Both the position numbers and the translations under genes were made by a program. Under the pieces are notes generated by a model. It searched no databases, was not told the DNA's origin, and saw only the letters and a list, made by a program, of their open reading frames with translations. A DNA stretch of 64,000 bases from Spirochaetales bacterium (GTDB lineage: Bacteria > Spirochaetota > Spirochaetia > JABEVK01). Location: NCBI GenBank assembly GCA_037142615.1, contig JBAXAI010000004.1:1-64000 (forward strand). The letters run 5' to 3'. Shown in pieces: positions 48,367 to 57,464 of this stretch; position 1 is the first letter of the stretch, and each line of letters begins with the position of its first letter.

Positions 48367-49914
48367 ATGTTCGTCGTGCTGCTGGGCGACGCGGCGTTGT
48401 GGCCCGAGGTGTGGCGTGCCCCGCCGTTGCAGTTCCTGTGCCTTGCCAGCGACGACGGGTTCGCCGATTTCGACGGGGGCTCGCTGGACACGGTTCCCGA
48501 CCTTGTCGTGCTCGACCAACCGGGCGCCCCAGGGTTTCTCGCCCTTCTGAACCACCTCAAGTTCCAGTTTTCCGAGAACCGGACCCGACTCGTCGCCTGG
48601 TCGGGAACCCCGAGCCCGCGCGAAGTGTTTGTGTGCCACAACGCGGGGCTACTCCTTTTGCACCCCGGCCTGGTCGAGGAACTTCCTTCGCTGGAGGCTC
48701 TACCCAGGCCCGTTCTTCCTGGTTCGCCGAGGCCGGAGGCGCTGAACCTCGAAAATCTCGGGTTCGCGCTGAGCCTGCACCAAAACCTGACCCAGTCGTT
48801 TTTGGAAAGCCAGAACCCGACGGCGCTGTTTTGGCACCTGCGAAATGCCTTTTCCCTGGTTTCGAATCCGGACATCCTGGTATTCATCCTGAAGGACCGC
48901 CCGCAAATCAAGGCGACAATCTTCTCTGGGCCCGGCCTCGCCACCACCGAGTGCGATTATTTTTTACGTTTCTGCCAGCAGGATTTTTTGGGGACCGACC
49001 GGTTTGTCGACCTCGAGTCGATGGAAGTCGAGTACCTCGAAAAGGACCAGCGGCTCTTGACGGGGCGGGGCCGGGGAGCGCTGAGCTCGTATTGGTTCCA
49101 CGAGCTGAAGGACCCGCAGGGAACGAGCCTCGGGACGGTTCACAGCGGCAGTTTCAGCAACCAGTATTTTACCCCCCTGGTCGAGCGGCGTCTGTCGTAC
49201 CTGGCGGTTCTGGTGGGGCCCCTGGTCGGCATGATGCAGCGCGGCCAGCAACTGAGCCGACGTTTCGTGTCGCTGAGGGCCCTGTTCGGAAAGTTCCTCC
49301 CCGACCCGGTGGTGGAAAAACTTCTGGCCGCCGAGCAGGATGGACCGTTGGAAGAGGGCCGGAAGCAGGAGCTGGCCATTTTGTTTTCCGACATCCGGGG
49401 CTTCACGTCGATCACCGAGCGAAACGGTGCCGAGGCGGTGGTCGGCTTCCTGAACCGGCATTTCGACGCCATGGTGACGGCCATTGTGGCCCACGGCGGC
49501 GTTGTCGACAAGTTCATCGGCGATGCCATCGTCGCGGTGTTTGGCATCAACCCGCTGCCGACTTCGGCGGCCGAGGCCGCTGCCCGGGCCGCGCGGGCCA
49601 TGATGGCAACCCTGAACACCGTGGACCTTTCGGGTCTTGCACTCGAAGGCAACGCCTACCGCATCGGCATCGGCCTGCACTTCGGCGAAGTCGTTCTCGG
49701 CTACCTGGGCTCAGACGAAAAGACCTCGTTCACCGTCATCGGAAAGGCCGTGGAAACCGCCGAACTCCTGGAGTCGTCCACCAAGCTTTACCACGTCGAT
49801 ATTTTGGCTTCCGGGGAACTGCGCGACCAGATTCAGGCCGAAGACCTGGCGTTCATCGACCTCGGCAAGCTGGAAGACGCCGAAGGAGACACCCTCAGGG
49901 TGTATACGGTATGA
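48367..49914 (+). CDS. class III cyclase homolog A (metal-binding Asps kept, Asn/Arg lost)
   Basis: FSDIRGFT, DKFIGDA present; GKAVETAELLE replaces GDxVNxAxRLE. Confidence 0.88.
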   Translation: MFVVLLGDAALWPEVWRAPPLQFLCLASDDGFADFDGGSLDTVPDLVVLDQPGAPGFLALLNHLKFQFSENRTRLVAWSGTPSPREVFVCHNAGLLLLHPGLVEELPSLEALPRPVLPGSPRPEALNLENLGFALSLHQNLTQSFLESQNPTALFWHLRNAFSLVSNPDILVFILKDRPQIKATIFSGPGLATTECDYFLRFCQQDFLGTDRFVDLESMEVEYLEKDQRLLTGRGRGALSSYWFHELKDPQGTSLGTVHSGSFSNQYFTPLVERRLSYLAVLVGPLVGMMQRGQQLSRRFVSLRALFGKFLPDPVVEKLLAAEQDGPLEEGRKQELAILFSDIRGFTSITERNGAEAVVGFLNRHFDAMVTAIVAHGGVVDKFIGDAIVAVFGINPLPTSAAEAAARAARAMMATLNTVDLSGLALEGNAYRIGIGLHFGEVVLGYLGSDEKTSFTVIGKAVETAELLESSTKLYHVDILASGELRDQIQAEDLAFIDLGKLEDAEGDTLRVYTV

Positions 49915-51662
49915 GCACCCCACCGAAAACCCTGCTGGTGCTCGATGACTCGGAGTTCTTCTCGGCGTTCCTTGAGCCCATTCTCGAAGCTTCGGGCTAC
50001 GCTGTCACCACGCGCCCGGAACTGGCCGGCGCGTTGCTGATCGATCCCACGTGGCATTCCGATTCGGGCTACCTGCTGCTGGCGGCGCTGCGCGAGCTTG
50101 CCCCCCGCACAACGCTTCCTGTCGTGGTTCTGCTGGCCTCGACGAGCAGCCAGTCGAGGGCCTTTCTTCAGGGCCTGCAGTTCCCCTGGACGGTGAAAGG
50201 TCGGCTGAAGGCCGAGTCTCTGGGCCGCTACGTCGGCCGCCACTTGGGGCAGCAGGCCTGGGCCGGAGAGTTTGGCCGCCTGGTCGAAGAGGCTCTGGCC
50301 AAGTCGCTCCAGGTCGACTCCCGGCCGTTTTTGCACCCGCTGATCAGCGGCTCGTTGCTTCACGCGATTTCCGAGGCCGATCACCTGGCCAGGGCCCTCG
50401 AATTGGGCGTCCAGTCGCTGTTGGATCATTTTCCGTTGCTCGCCGCGGGCCTGGAAGTGAATGGTTCCCGTCTGTTGGCCTGTTGTGCGAACCCCGAGGC
50501 CAGGCGGGCGGCCACGGCAGTCCGCGAGACCTTGGGTTGGTCCCCGGAACCGTCCGAGCCCGAACTGCGCGAACTTTCGGCTGATTTTCCGGGGTGGCGG
50601 GCAACCGGCGGGCAGGCAACCGGGGGGCAGTTCGAGCGGAGTTTCACGTTGCCTCGCTGCGGTGGCCGGCTTGTCGCCGTATTCGGTACCGACGACGACC
50701 TGATTCTCGATTACTTTGGGCGTGCGCTCGACGATTTCGACCGGGCTTTGACGGTCCTGACCCAAGGCCTGGCTCTGGCAAACTCCGAGCGGCGCGTGTT
50801 TCGGGTCTTTTCGCGCTTTGTGCCCTCGGTGGTGATCGAGGATCTGCTGCGAAAACGTTCGGCCGCCGCCCTGCTCACCGGCGAAAAGCGACGCATCGTC
50901 GCGCTGTTTTCCCACGTGCGCGACTTTTCGTTCTACGTCGAGGAAAATGACCCGAAAGAACTGGTGCGGTTCTTGAACCGCCATTTCAGCCTTTACGCCA
51001 AGGTCATCCGCAAGCACGGAGGGTTCATCAACAAATACATCGGCGACGCCGTGTTTGCGATTTTTGGAGCGCCGGTCAGCCACATCGACAACGCCCGCCG
51101 GGCGCTTGCCGCTGCCCTCGAGATCCAGCAGGAACTGGCCCAATTGCCGTTGCTGGACCTGCACTATCCCCCCAGTGGCTACCGGGTCGGCCTGGGCCTC
51201 AACGAGGGCGAGTCCATCGTCGGCAACATCGGCAGCCGGGACTCCTTTGACTACACGGCCATCGGCGACACCATCAATCTCGCGGCCCGTCTGGAATCGC
51301 TGTGCAAGCACTACCAGGTCGAGCTGCTGCTGTCCCAGGATTTCCGGCAGGCCTTGGAGTCGCAGGAAGATCCGCACCCGCTGCGGCAGGTCGACCGGGC
51401 ACGCGTCAAGGGAAAGCTGGTGCCGACGGTATTCCATACCGTGTACCCCGCCGAGTTTGACCTCGAGTTTGACCGCTGCTACCGCAAAGGCCTCACCATG
51501 TTCCGCCTCGGCAACTGGACCACGGCGCTCGAGTTTTTCGAAAAAGGCCTCGAACTGGATCCCAGCGACTTCCTGTGCGGCCTGTACTCGCAGCGCTGCC
51601 GCGAGTTCTTGAAGGCACCTCCTGTGAGTTGGGACGGCGCCATCACGCTGGGGTTCAAATAG
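49911..51662 (+). CDS. class III cyclase homolog B (REC-like N-terminus, first metal Asp lost, Asn/Arg kept, TPR-like tail)
   Basis: FSHVRDFS, NKYIGDA, DYTAIGDTINLAARLE, VKGK; ATGA overlap. Confidence 0.88.
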   Translation: MSTPPKTLLVLDDSEFFSAFLEPILEASGYAVTTRPELAGALLIDPTWHSDSGYLLLAALRELAPRTTLPVVVLLASTSSQSRAFLQGLQFPWTVKGRLKAESLGRYVGRHLGQQAWAGEFGRLVEEALAKSLQVDSRPFLHPLISGSLLHAISEADHLARALELGVQSLLDHFPLLAAGLEVNGSRLLACCANPEARRAATAVRETLGWSPEPSEPELRELSADFPGWRATGGQATGGQFERSFTLPRCGGRLVAVFGTDDDLILDYFGRALDDFDRALTVLTQGLALANSERRVFRVFSRFVPSVVIEDLLRKRSAAALLTGEKRRIVALFSHVRDFSFYVEENDPKELVRFLNRHFSLYAKVIRKHGGFINKYIGDAVFAIFGAPVSHIDNARRALAAALEIQQELAQLPLLDLHYPPSGYRVGLGLNEGESIVGNIGSRDSFDYTAIGDTINLAARLESLCKHYQVELLLSQDFRQALESQEDPHPLRQVDRARVKGKLVPTVFHTVYPAEFDLEFDRCYRKGLTMFRLGNWTTALEFFEKGLELDPSDFLCGLYSQRCREFLKAPPVSWDGAITLGFK

Positions 51663-51714
51663 GCGCCTTTCTCGAAGGCGGAGAATCCGTGCTACTATGC
51701 GCTGGGGGCCCCAC

Positions 51715-52923
51715 ATGGAGCGACTGCAAGACGGTTACTGCCTCGTCCTTTCGGGCGGTGGTGCCAAGGGCGTGTACCACATCGGGGTGTGGAGGGCCCT
51801 CAAGGAACTGGGAATCGGCGTGCAGGCGTTTGTCGGCACCTCCATCGGCGCCATCATGGCCGCTCTTTTGGCCCAAGGTTCCGACGCTGAGCTCGAAACC
51901 ATCGGCAAGACCATCACCCTCGACGCCATCCTTGCTCTGCCTCCCGAGTTGCTCGGTGGCTTGGTCGAACACCGCGGTTTGGACACGGCTCCACTCCGGG
52001 CCCTGTTGGAACAGCACATTCAGGAACCTGCTCTGCGTCGCAGCGGAGTCGATCTGGGCATTGTCACGGTCAACCTGAGTTCGCTCAAGGCCGAGGAACT
52101 GTTCCTCGACAGCATCCCCGAAGGGAGCCTGATCGACTACCTGATGGCCAGTTCGGCCTTCCCGGGGTTTTCCACGCCCGTGATCGAGGGAAAGCGGTAC
52201 GTCGATGGGGGACTTCACGACAACATTCCGCACGCGGTGGCCCGCAAGCGCGGCTATACGAAAGTGATTGTCAGCGACATCTCGGGTTTCGGTTTCAAGA
52301 AGGCGCCCGACGTGGAAGGTTCGGTGACCGTCTTCATCAAAAGTTCCATCAAAATGGGCAGCGTGCTCGACTTTCGTCGGGAGTTCCTCGACGACTTCAC
52401 GCTGCTGGGCTATCTCGATACGCTGCGGACGTTCGGGGTGCTCCACGGACGCGACTACGCGGTTGAGCCCAACCCCGAAGCCGAGGTTGCCTTCGCGCGC
52501 GAGCCCACCAGGATTGCGACCGCGCGGGAGGTCCTTCCCGACGAACGAAAGTTGGATCGACTGGTTTGGTTGCAATTGCTCGAATGCTCTGCCCTCGTGT
52601 TTGGCGTTCCCCGGGTTCGGCGCACAACCTACGAAGAACTGGCGCGGGCCGTCGTGGACCGGCGAACCGCCGAAGACGCCCAAGTCGCCGAACTAGCGCA
52701 GGTGGAGGGAAGCGGGAGGCTCTCGCTGCTCAACACCCTGCGCGAAGCCGTGTCGAAGAAGAGCCTCAACTGGAGTCCCTACGTGACTTGGAAGCTGTTG
52801 GAGCATTTGGTGCCGGCACAAGCTGACCGGCTCGTGCTGAGAACCTTGTCGGCGTTGCAACCCGAGTTACCGGCCGCCCTGCAGGCCTTGCAGACCCTGG
52901 ATCAGGCCACAGCCCTAACTTAG
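51715..52923 (+). CDS. patatin-like phospholipase
   Basis: GGGAKG, GTSIG, DGG. Confidence 0.92.
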   Translation: MERLQDGYCLVLSGGGAKGVYHIGVWRALKELGIGVQAFVGTSIGAIMAALLAQGSDAELETIGKTITLDAILALPPELLGGLVEHRGLDTAPLRALLEQHIQEPALRRSGVDLGIVTVNLSSLKAEELFLDSIPEGSLIDYLMASSAFPGFSTPVIEGKRYVDGGLHDNIPHAVARKRGYTKVIVSDISGFGFKKAPDVEGSVTVFIKSSIKMGSVLDFRREFLDDFTLLGYLDTLRTFGVLHGRDYAVEPNPEAEVAFAREPTRIATAREVLPDERKLDRLVWLQLLECSALVFGVPRVRRTTYEELARAVVDRRTAEDAQVAELAQVEGSGRLSLLNTLREAVSKKSLNWSPYVTWKLLEHLVPAQADRLVLRTLSALQPELPAALQALQTLDQATALT

Positions 52924-52989
52924 CTTTGACGCTAGCGGGGGCTGCGGCCCAATTGTCGGTGGTCTTGAGCCTGGTGGTCTTGTCGGCAC

Positions 52990-53313
52990 CTACATCATGC
53001 GTGTGTTGAGCGTGAAGATGACCCACACCGTGCCGAAGATGAAGATCAGCAGGATGATCGCGGTGAATGTGATCGAGATAAAGTCCCACTGCTTGTCCTT
53101 CGAAAGGTCCAAGTGCAGGAAGTAGTACAGGTGGACCACGATTTGCGCCACGGCGGCGATCACGATGCCCAGGATGGCGGCTACCGGCGGAAGACCGCCG
53201 AACATAACCAATCCGAACGAAACCAAGGTCAAGACAATCGCCAGGGCGAACCCGACCATGTACTTGCCGGCGCTCGAGTGGCCGGTTGCGTGGCTAACTT
53301 GTTCATGCGACAT
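52990..53313 (-). CDS. cyoD: cytochrome bo3 quinol oxidase subunit IV
   Basis: YMVGF.LAIVLT, QIVVHL.YFLH. Confidence 0.93.
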   Translation of the reverse strand: MSHEQVSHATGHSSAGKYMVGFALAIVLTLVSFGLVMFGGLPPVAAILGIVIAAVAQIVVHLYYFLHLDLSKDKQWDFISITFTAIILLIFIFGTVWVIFTLNTRMM

Positions 53314-53335
53314 TTGTTTTGCTCCCCTCTTTCCG

Positions 53336-53926
53336 CTAGACCACGCTCAGCAGGTACACGAACGTGAACACGCCGACCCAGACAATGTCCAGGAAGTGCC
53401 AGAACAGGCTCAACCGGGACAGGCGTCCCATTACCCCAGGGGTCAGACCCTTGGTCAGCACCTGCGTCATCAGGACGATCATCCAGATTAGGCCGCAACT
53501 GACGTGAAAGCCGTGCGTTCCTACCAGTGTAAAGAAGCCAGACAAGAAGCCGCTGCGGTCCGGTCCGGCACCTTCCGCGATCAGGTGCACGAACTCCGAA
53601 ACTTCCATGGAGATGAACGCGACGCCTAGCGCGAACGTCACCAGCAACCAGCCGAACACGAGGTTCTTTTTGCCTTGGTGCATGGCGACGACGGCCAGTC
53701 CGTAGGTGAAGCTACTGATGAGCAGGAACATTGTCTCGACAAACACGTAAGGAAGGTCGAAGAGTTCTTTGGCGCCTGGCCCGCCAGCTACGTTGTTGCG
53801 GATCACCGCGTAGGTGGCGAACAGGAGGGCAAAGATGATCAAGTCGCTCATCAGGTAAATCCAGAACCCGAAGAGTCTGTTGCCGGAGGTGTGTTCCTCT
53901 CCGTGCGAAGTCACTGCACTACTCAT
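53336..53926 (-). CDS. cyoC: cytochrome bo3 quinol oxidase subunit III
   Basis: FGFWIYLMSD, LVGTHG.HV, FWHFLDIVW. Confidence 0.95.
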   Translation of the reverse strand: MSSAVTSHGEEHTSGNRLFGFWIYLMSDLIIFALLFATYAVIRNNVAGGPGAKELFDLPYVFVETMFLLISSFTYGLAVVAMHQGKKNLVFGWLLVTFALGVAFISMEVSEFVHLIAEGAGPDRSGFLSGFFTLVGTHGFHVSCGLIWMIVLMTQVLTKGLTPGVMGRLSRLSLFWHFLDIVWVGVFTFVYLLSVV

Positions 53927-55946
53927 GAGCCTTCCCCTCTGCCTTCACGGTTGTTGGTTTCCAGTCTGGTCCGAACGCCGCCGAAAGCTTGGCGTAGCGT
54001 GCGTCCTCGATTCGCTTCACCTCTTCGGCCGGAATCACGTATTCATTCTCGTCTCGGTTGGCGGCGGCGATCAGCGTCACGATGAAGCCCGCAAAGCCCA
54101 AGATAGCCATCCACCAGATGTACCAGATCATGCCGAAGCCGAAGAAGAACGACGCGATGCCGAGCCACGGGCCATAGGGCGCGTTCTTGGGCATGTGGAT
54201 GTCTTCGTAGGTTTCGGGCCTCTGGTAGGCTGTGCCGGCCTCTTTCTTGGCGGCGAAGTCGTCGAGCTGGGAAACCTCAGGAATGACGGCGAAGTTGTAC
54301 ACGGGGGCCGGAGAATCGATGGACCACTCCAAGGTGCGCCCGTTCCAAGCGTCTCCGGTCTGGTCGGCATTCTTCTTGCGGTCCCTGACGGTCGTGATCA
54401 CCTGCACGGCCATGGCGACGATGCCCAAGGTGATAATGGCCGTACCGATGGCCGCCACAATCAGCAAAGGCTGCCAGGCGGGGTTATCGTAGTGTTCCAG
54501 CCGGCGCGGCATGCCCATCAGGCCCAAAATGTAGAGGGGGAAGAAGGCGAGCGGGAAGCCGATGGCCCAGCCCCAGAACATCAGCTTGCCCCACTTTTCG
54601 TCGAGCTTGAAGCCCATGATCTTGGGGAACCAGTAGATGAGTCCGGCGAAGTACCCGAACAGCGCCCCTGGGATGAGCACGTTGTGGAAGTGCGCTACCA
54701 GGAAGACAGAGTTGTGGACCACGTAGTCGATGGGGGGAACAGCCAGCATGATGCCGGTGGCCCCACCGATGGCAAACAGGACCATGAAGCCCATCGTCCA
54801 GTACATGGGGGTCGAGAAGTGGATGCGCCCCCGGTACATGGTGAACAGCCAGTCGAGGATCTTCACACCCGTGGGGATTCCGATGAGCATGGTGGCGATG
54901 CCGAACGCGATATTCACATCCACCGTGTTGCCCATGGTGAAGAAGTGGTGCAGCCAGACTGTGAACGAAAGGAAGGTGATGACCACCGTGGCCCACACCA
55001 GCGTCGGGTAGCCGAACAGGGTTTTTCGCGAAAAAGTAGCCACCACCTCGGAGAACACGCCAAACGCGGGCAGGATGACGATGTAGACCTCGGGGTGCCC
55101 CCACATCCAGAAGATGTTGTTGTAGAGCATCGAGATGCCACCCATGTCATTGGTGAAGAAGTGCATCCCCAGGTAACGGTCGAGCGACAGAAGGAACAGG
55201 GCCACGGTCAGGGCCGGGAACGACAGGATGATGATGGCCGTGGTGGGCAGCACCGTCCAGGTGAACATTGGCATGCGCATGAACTTGAGGCCCGGGGCCC
55301 GCATGCGAATAATGGTCACGAAGAAGTTGACACCCGTGAGTGTCGTTCCTACCCCTGATATCTGCAGTGCCCATAGCCAGTAGTCGACGCCGGTGCCGGG
55401 ACTGTACTGCTTTTCAAAGAAGGGCGCGATGCCCGTCCAACCTGCCGTCGAGAACTGTCCGATCGAGAGTGACAGCATCACCAGGATCGAGGCAGCGAAC
55501 GTGAGCCAGAAGCTGATTGAGTTCAGCACCGGGAATGCCACGTCGCGGGCACCAATCTGCAGCGGCACCGCGATATTCATCAACCCGAACAGGATGGGCA
55601 TGGCGGCGAAGATGATCATGATGGTGCCGTGCGCCGAGAAAATCTGGGCAAAGTGGTCGGGGTCGAGGTACCCTAGATTGGCCCCTTCGGCGACCGACTG
55701 CTGCGCGCGCATCATGACGGCATCGACACCGCCGCGCACGAACATCAGCAGACCAAGAATCACGTACATGACACCAATCTTCTTGTGGTCGACGGTGGTC
55801 AACCACTCGCGCCAGATGTACTTCCACTTCTTGAAATAGGCAACGATGGCGATCAGGGCGATAACGGCGACCGGCATACCGATCGTGGCGGTCGCAAGGA
55901 AGGGATCGCTCAACGCGAAAGAATCCCAGGTTAGTCTTCCAAACAT
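53919..55946 (-). CDS. cyoB: cytochrome bo3 quinol oxidase subunit I
   Basis: DHKKIG, WGHPEVY, WLHH, AHFH; quinol-site R/D/H/Q pattern. Confidence 0.97.
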   Translation of the reverse strand: MFGRLTWDSFALSDPFLATATIGMPVAVIALIAIVAYFKKWKYIWREWLTTVDHKKIGVMYVILGLLMFVRGGVDAVMMRAQQSVAEGANLGYLDPDHFAQIFSAHGTIMIIFAAMPILFGLMNIAVPLQIGARDVAFPVLNSISFWLTFAASILVMLSLSIGQFSTAGWTGIAPFFEKQYSPGTGVDYWLWALQISGVGTTLTGVNFFVTIIRMRAPGLKFMRMPMFTWTVLPTTAIIILSFPALTVALFLLSLDRYLGMHFFTNDMGGISMLYNNIFWMWGHPEVYIVILPAFGVFSEVVATFSRKTLFGYPTLVWATVVITFLSFTVWLHHFFTMGNTVDVNIAFGIATMLIGIPTGVKILDWLFTMYRGRIHFSTPMYWTMGFMVLFAIGGATGIMLAVPPIDYVVHNSVFLVAHFHNVLIPGALFGYFAGLIYWFPKIMGFKLDEKWGKLMFWGWAIGFPLAFFPLYILGLMGMPRRLEHYDNPAWQPLLIVAAIGTAIITLGIVAMAVQVITTVRDRKKNADQTGDAWNGRTLEWSIDSPAPVYNFAVIPEVSQLDDFAAKKEAGTAYQRPETYEDIHMPKNAPYGPWLGIASFFFGFGMIWYIWWMAILGFAGFIVTLIAAANRDENEYVIPAEEVKRIEDARYAKLSAAFGPDWKPTTVKAEGKAHE

Positions 55947-55995
55947 CTCAGTGACACTCCTCTATGGTGTACATATGCGGCATTTCGACGGGTGG

Positions 55996-56880
55996 CTACA
56001 TTTTCCCGTCGGTCTTCGTCGCGTCGGCCATCGGTTTCAAGAACTCACCCACAATATGGCCAAACAGGTTGGGCTCCACAGAACCGTACGTGGTGGCCGC
56101 CAAACCAGCCTGGGGCTTGTTCAGCTTGTTGAACTCGTCGGTGCTGAGCGGATTGCCCTTGCTCTTGGCGTCTTGCAACCACGTGGCATAGTCGCCCTTG
56201 GTGACCGCGTCGGCCGCGAAGCTCATCGCGGAGTAGCCGATACCGGTAAACTCCATGTTGTGACCGACATAGTGACCCGGCTTGTCGGAAAGCAGGTTCA
56301 GGTGTGTGACCATGCCAGCCATGACGTACATCTGAGTCCCCAATTCGGGAATGAACATGGACGACATGACGGTGGCCGAAGTCAGGTCAAAGGTCACCGG
56401 CGCTCCGGCGGGAATGACCAGCTTGTTGAGCGAGGCCACTTGCTCGTCGGGGTAAATGAACAGCCAGTTCCAGTCGAGCGACACAACCTGCACATGCACC
56501 GGTTTTTCGGTCGACACGATGGGCTTGTACGGGTCCAAGTCGGTGGTCTTCACCCACGTGAGGTACGAAAGCACCCCAATGATCAGGATGGGAATCAGCC
56601 AGATCAGAACTTCCAGCTTGAGGTTTCCCTCCCAGTGCGGCTTGTAAGTGGCCTTGGTGTTCGTCTCGCGGTAGCGGATCGCAAACCAGATGACCATGAT
56701 GAACACGGGCACGATTATGATCAGCGCCAGGCCAACGGCCATCAGGATAAGGTCACGCTCTTGGGCTGCGATCGGCCCTTGGGGGTCGAGCAACGCGACC
56801 CCTTGGCAAGAACTCGCCATAGCGACAAAAAGCAAGATTCCCAAGCGGGTCAGGAATCGTCCAATCTTCGTCTGTCTCAT
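55996..56880 (-). CDS. cyoA: cytochrome bo3 quinol oxidase subunit II
   Basis: Lipoprotein Cys, LDPQGPIA, WLFIYP; no CuA Cys pair. Confidence 0.93.
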   Translation of the reverse strand: MRQTKIGRFLTRLGILLFVAMASSCQGVALLDPQGPIAAQERDLILMAVGLALIIIVPVFIMVIWFAIRYRETNTKATYKPHWEGNLKLEVLIWLIPILIIGVLSYLTWVKTTDLDPYKPIVSTEKPVHVQVVSLDWNWLFIYPDEQVASLNKLVIPAGAPVTFDLTSATVMSSMFIPELGTQMYVMAGMVTHLNLLSDKPGHYVGHNMEFTGIGYSAMSFAADAVTKGDYATWLQDAKSKGNPLSTDEFNKLNKPQAGLAATTYGSVEPNLFGHIVGEFLKPMADATKTDGKM

Positions 56881-56937
56881 CAGGCTCCCCTGGAGCGTGG
56901 ACGTGACCCGAGGATCCACCACACTCTCATAGCAATT

Positions 56938-56966
56938 AATATTGGGGAGATGACTGATCTTGTCAA
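56938..56966 (-). promoter_or_regulatory. sigma70-like promoter of cyo operon
   Basis: Minus strand TTGACA, 17 nt, AATATT. Confidence 0.55.
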
Positions 56967-56999
56967 CAAAGAGTTTACACGCCTGCCTAAACTCTTTGG

Positions 57000-57464
57000 T
57001 TACAAAGCGGCTTCGACCCGGTTCCAGTCGAGAGCGCTGGTGATGCGCAGCACTTCGCCGCCGTTGCCGTCGAGCAGAATCAAGGTGGGGGTGGCCATCA
57101 CGTCGTGCGCCACGGCCGCGTCGAACCCCTCGCTGTTGCTGACGTTGAAGGTGACGCCTTCGAAGGGCAGCAGGGGGAGTTTGTTCTTCAGGGCCGGGCA
57201 CTGGGGGCAGTTGTCCTTGACGAACGCGATCCAGCTGGTGGGCTTGGTGGTTTTTTCGTGGGGCTGGCTGGCGAGGTCTTCGCGGAACGTGACGCGGTGG
57301 TTGTACTCCTCGCGTTTGCCGGCGTTCCAGTTGGCCAGCGACCGGTAGTAGCCCACGATGCGGGTGTAGATTTCGGTGGGATGGTGGCCGGGCTGGGCCG
57401 CCTTGGCTTCGAGTTCAGCGATGCGGGTCGTGATTTCGGTCGTGGTCATTTGGTTGGTGGTCAT
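57000..57464 (-). CDS. NrdD glycyl-radical C-terminal domain fused to glutaredoxin/thioredoxin-like domain
   Basis: AGGAG SD, ATGA overlap with nrdD; EIYTRIVGYYR..NWN.GKREE; CPQC...TPT. Confidence 0.88.
   Translation of the reverse strand: MTTNQMTTTEITTRIAELEAKAAQPGHHPTEIYTRIVGYYRSLANWNAGKREEYNHRVTFREDLASQPHEKTTKPTSWIAFVKDNCPQCPALKNKLPLLPFEGVTFNVSNSEGFDAAVAHDVMATPTLILLDGNGGEVLRITSALDWNRVEAAL

Noticed and set aside
50601-50630. 15-bp in-frame near-tandem duplication (ATGGQ twice)
   Set aside because: Small slippage event in a linker; no evident function.
48252-51662. 1136-aa ORF
   Set aside because: The first half is an off-frame shadow of cyclase A; the real start is 49911.
48367-52923. 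Cyclases plus patatin as a CBASS/Pycsar-like defence system
   Set aside because: No CD-NTase; the cyclases sit in a che operon with purine-type specificity residues; the patatin has no cNMP sensor and appears separately promoted.
56951-56966. FNR box upstream of cyoA
   Set aside because: Half-site spacing is wrong; better explained as a -35 TTGACA.
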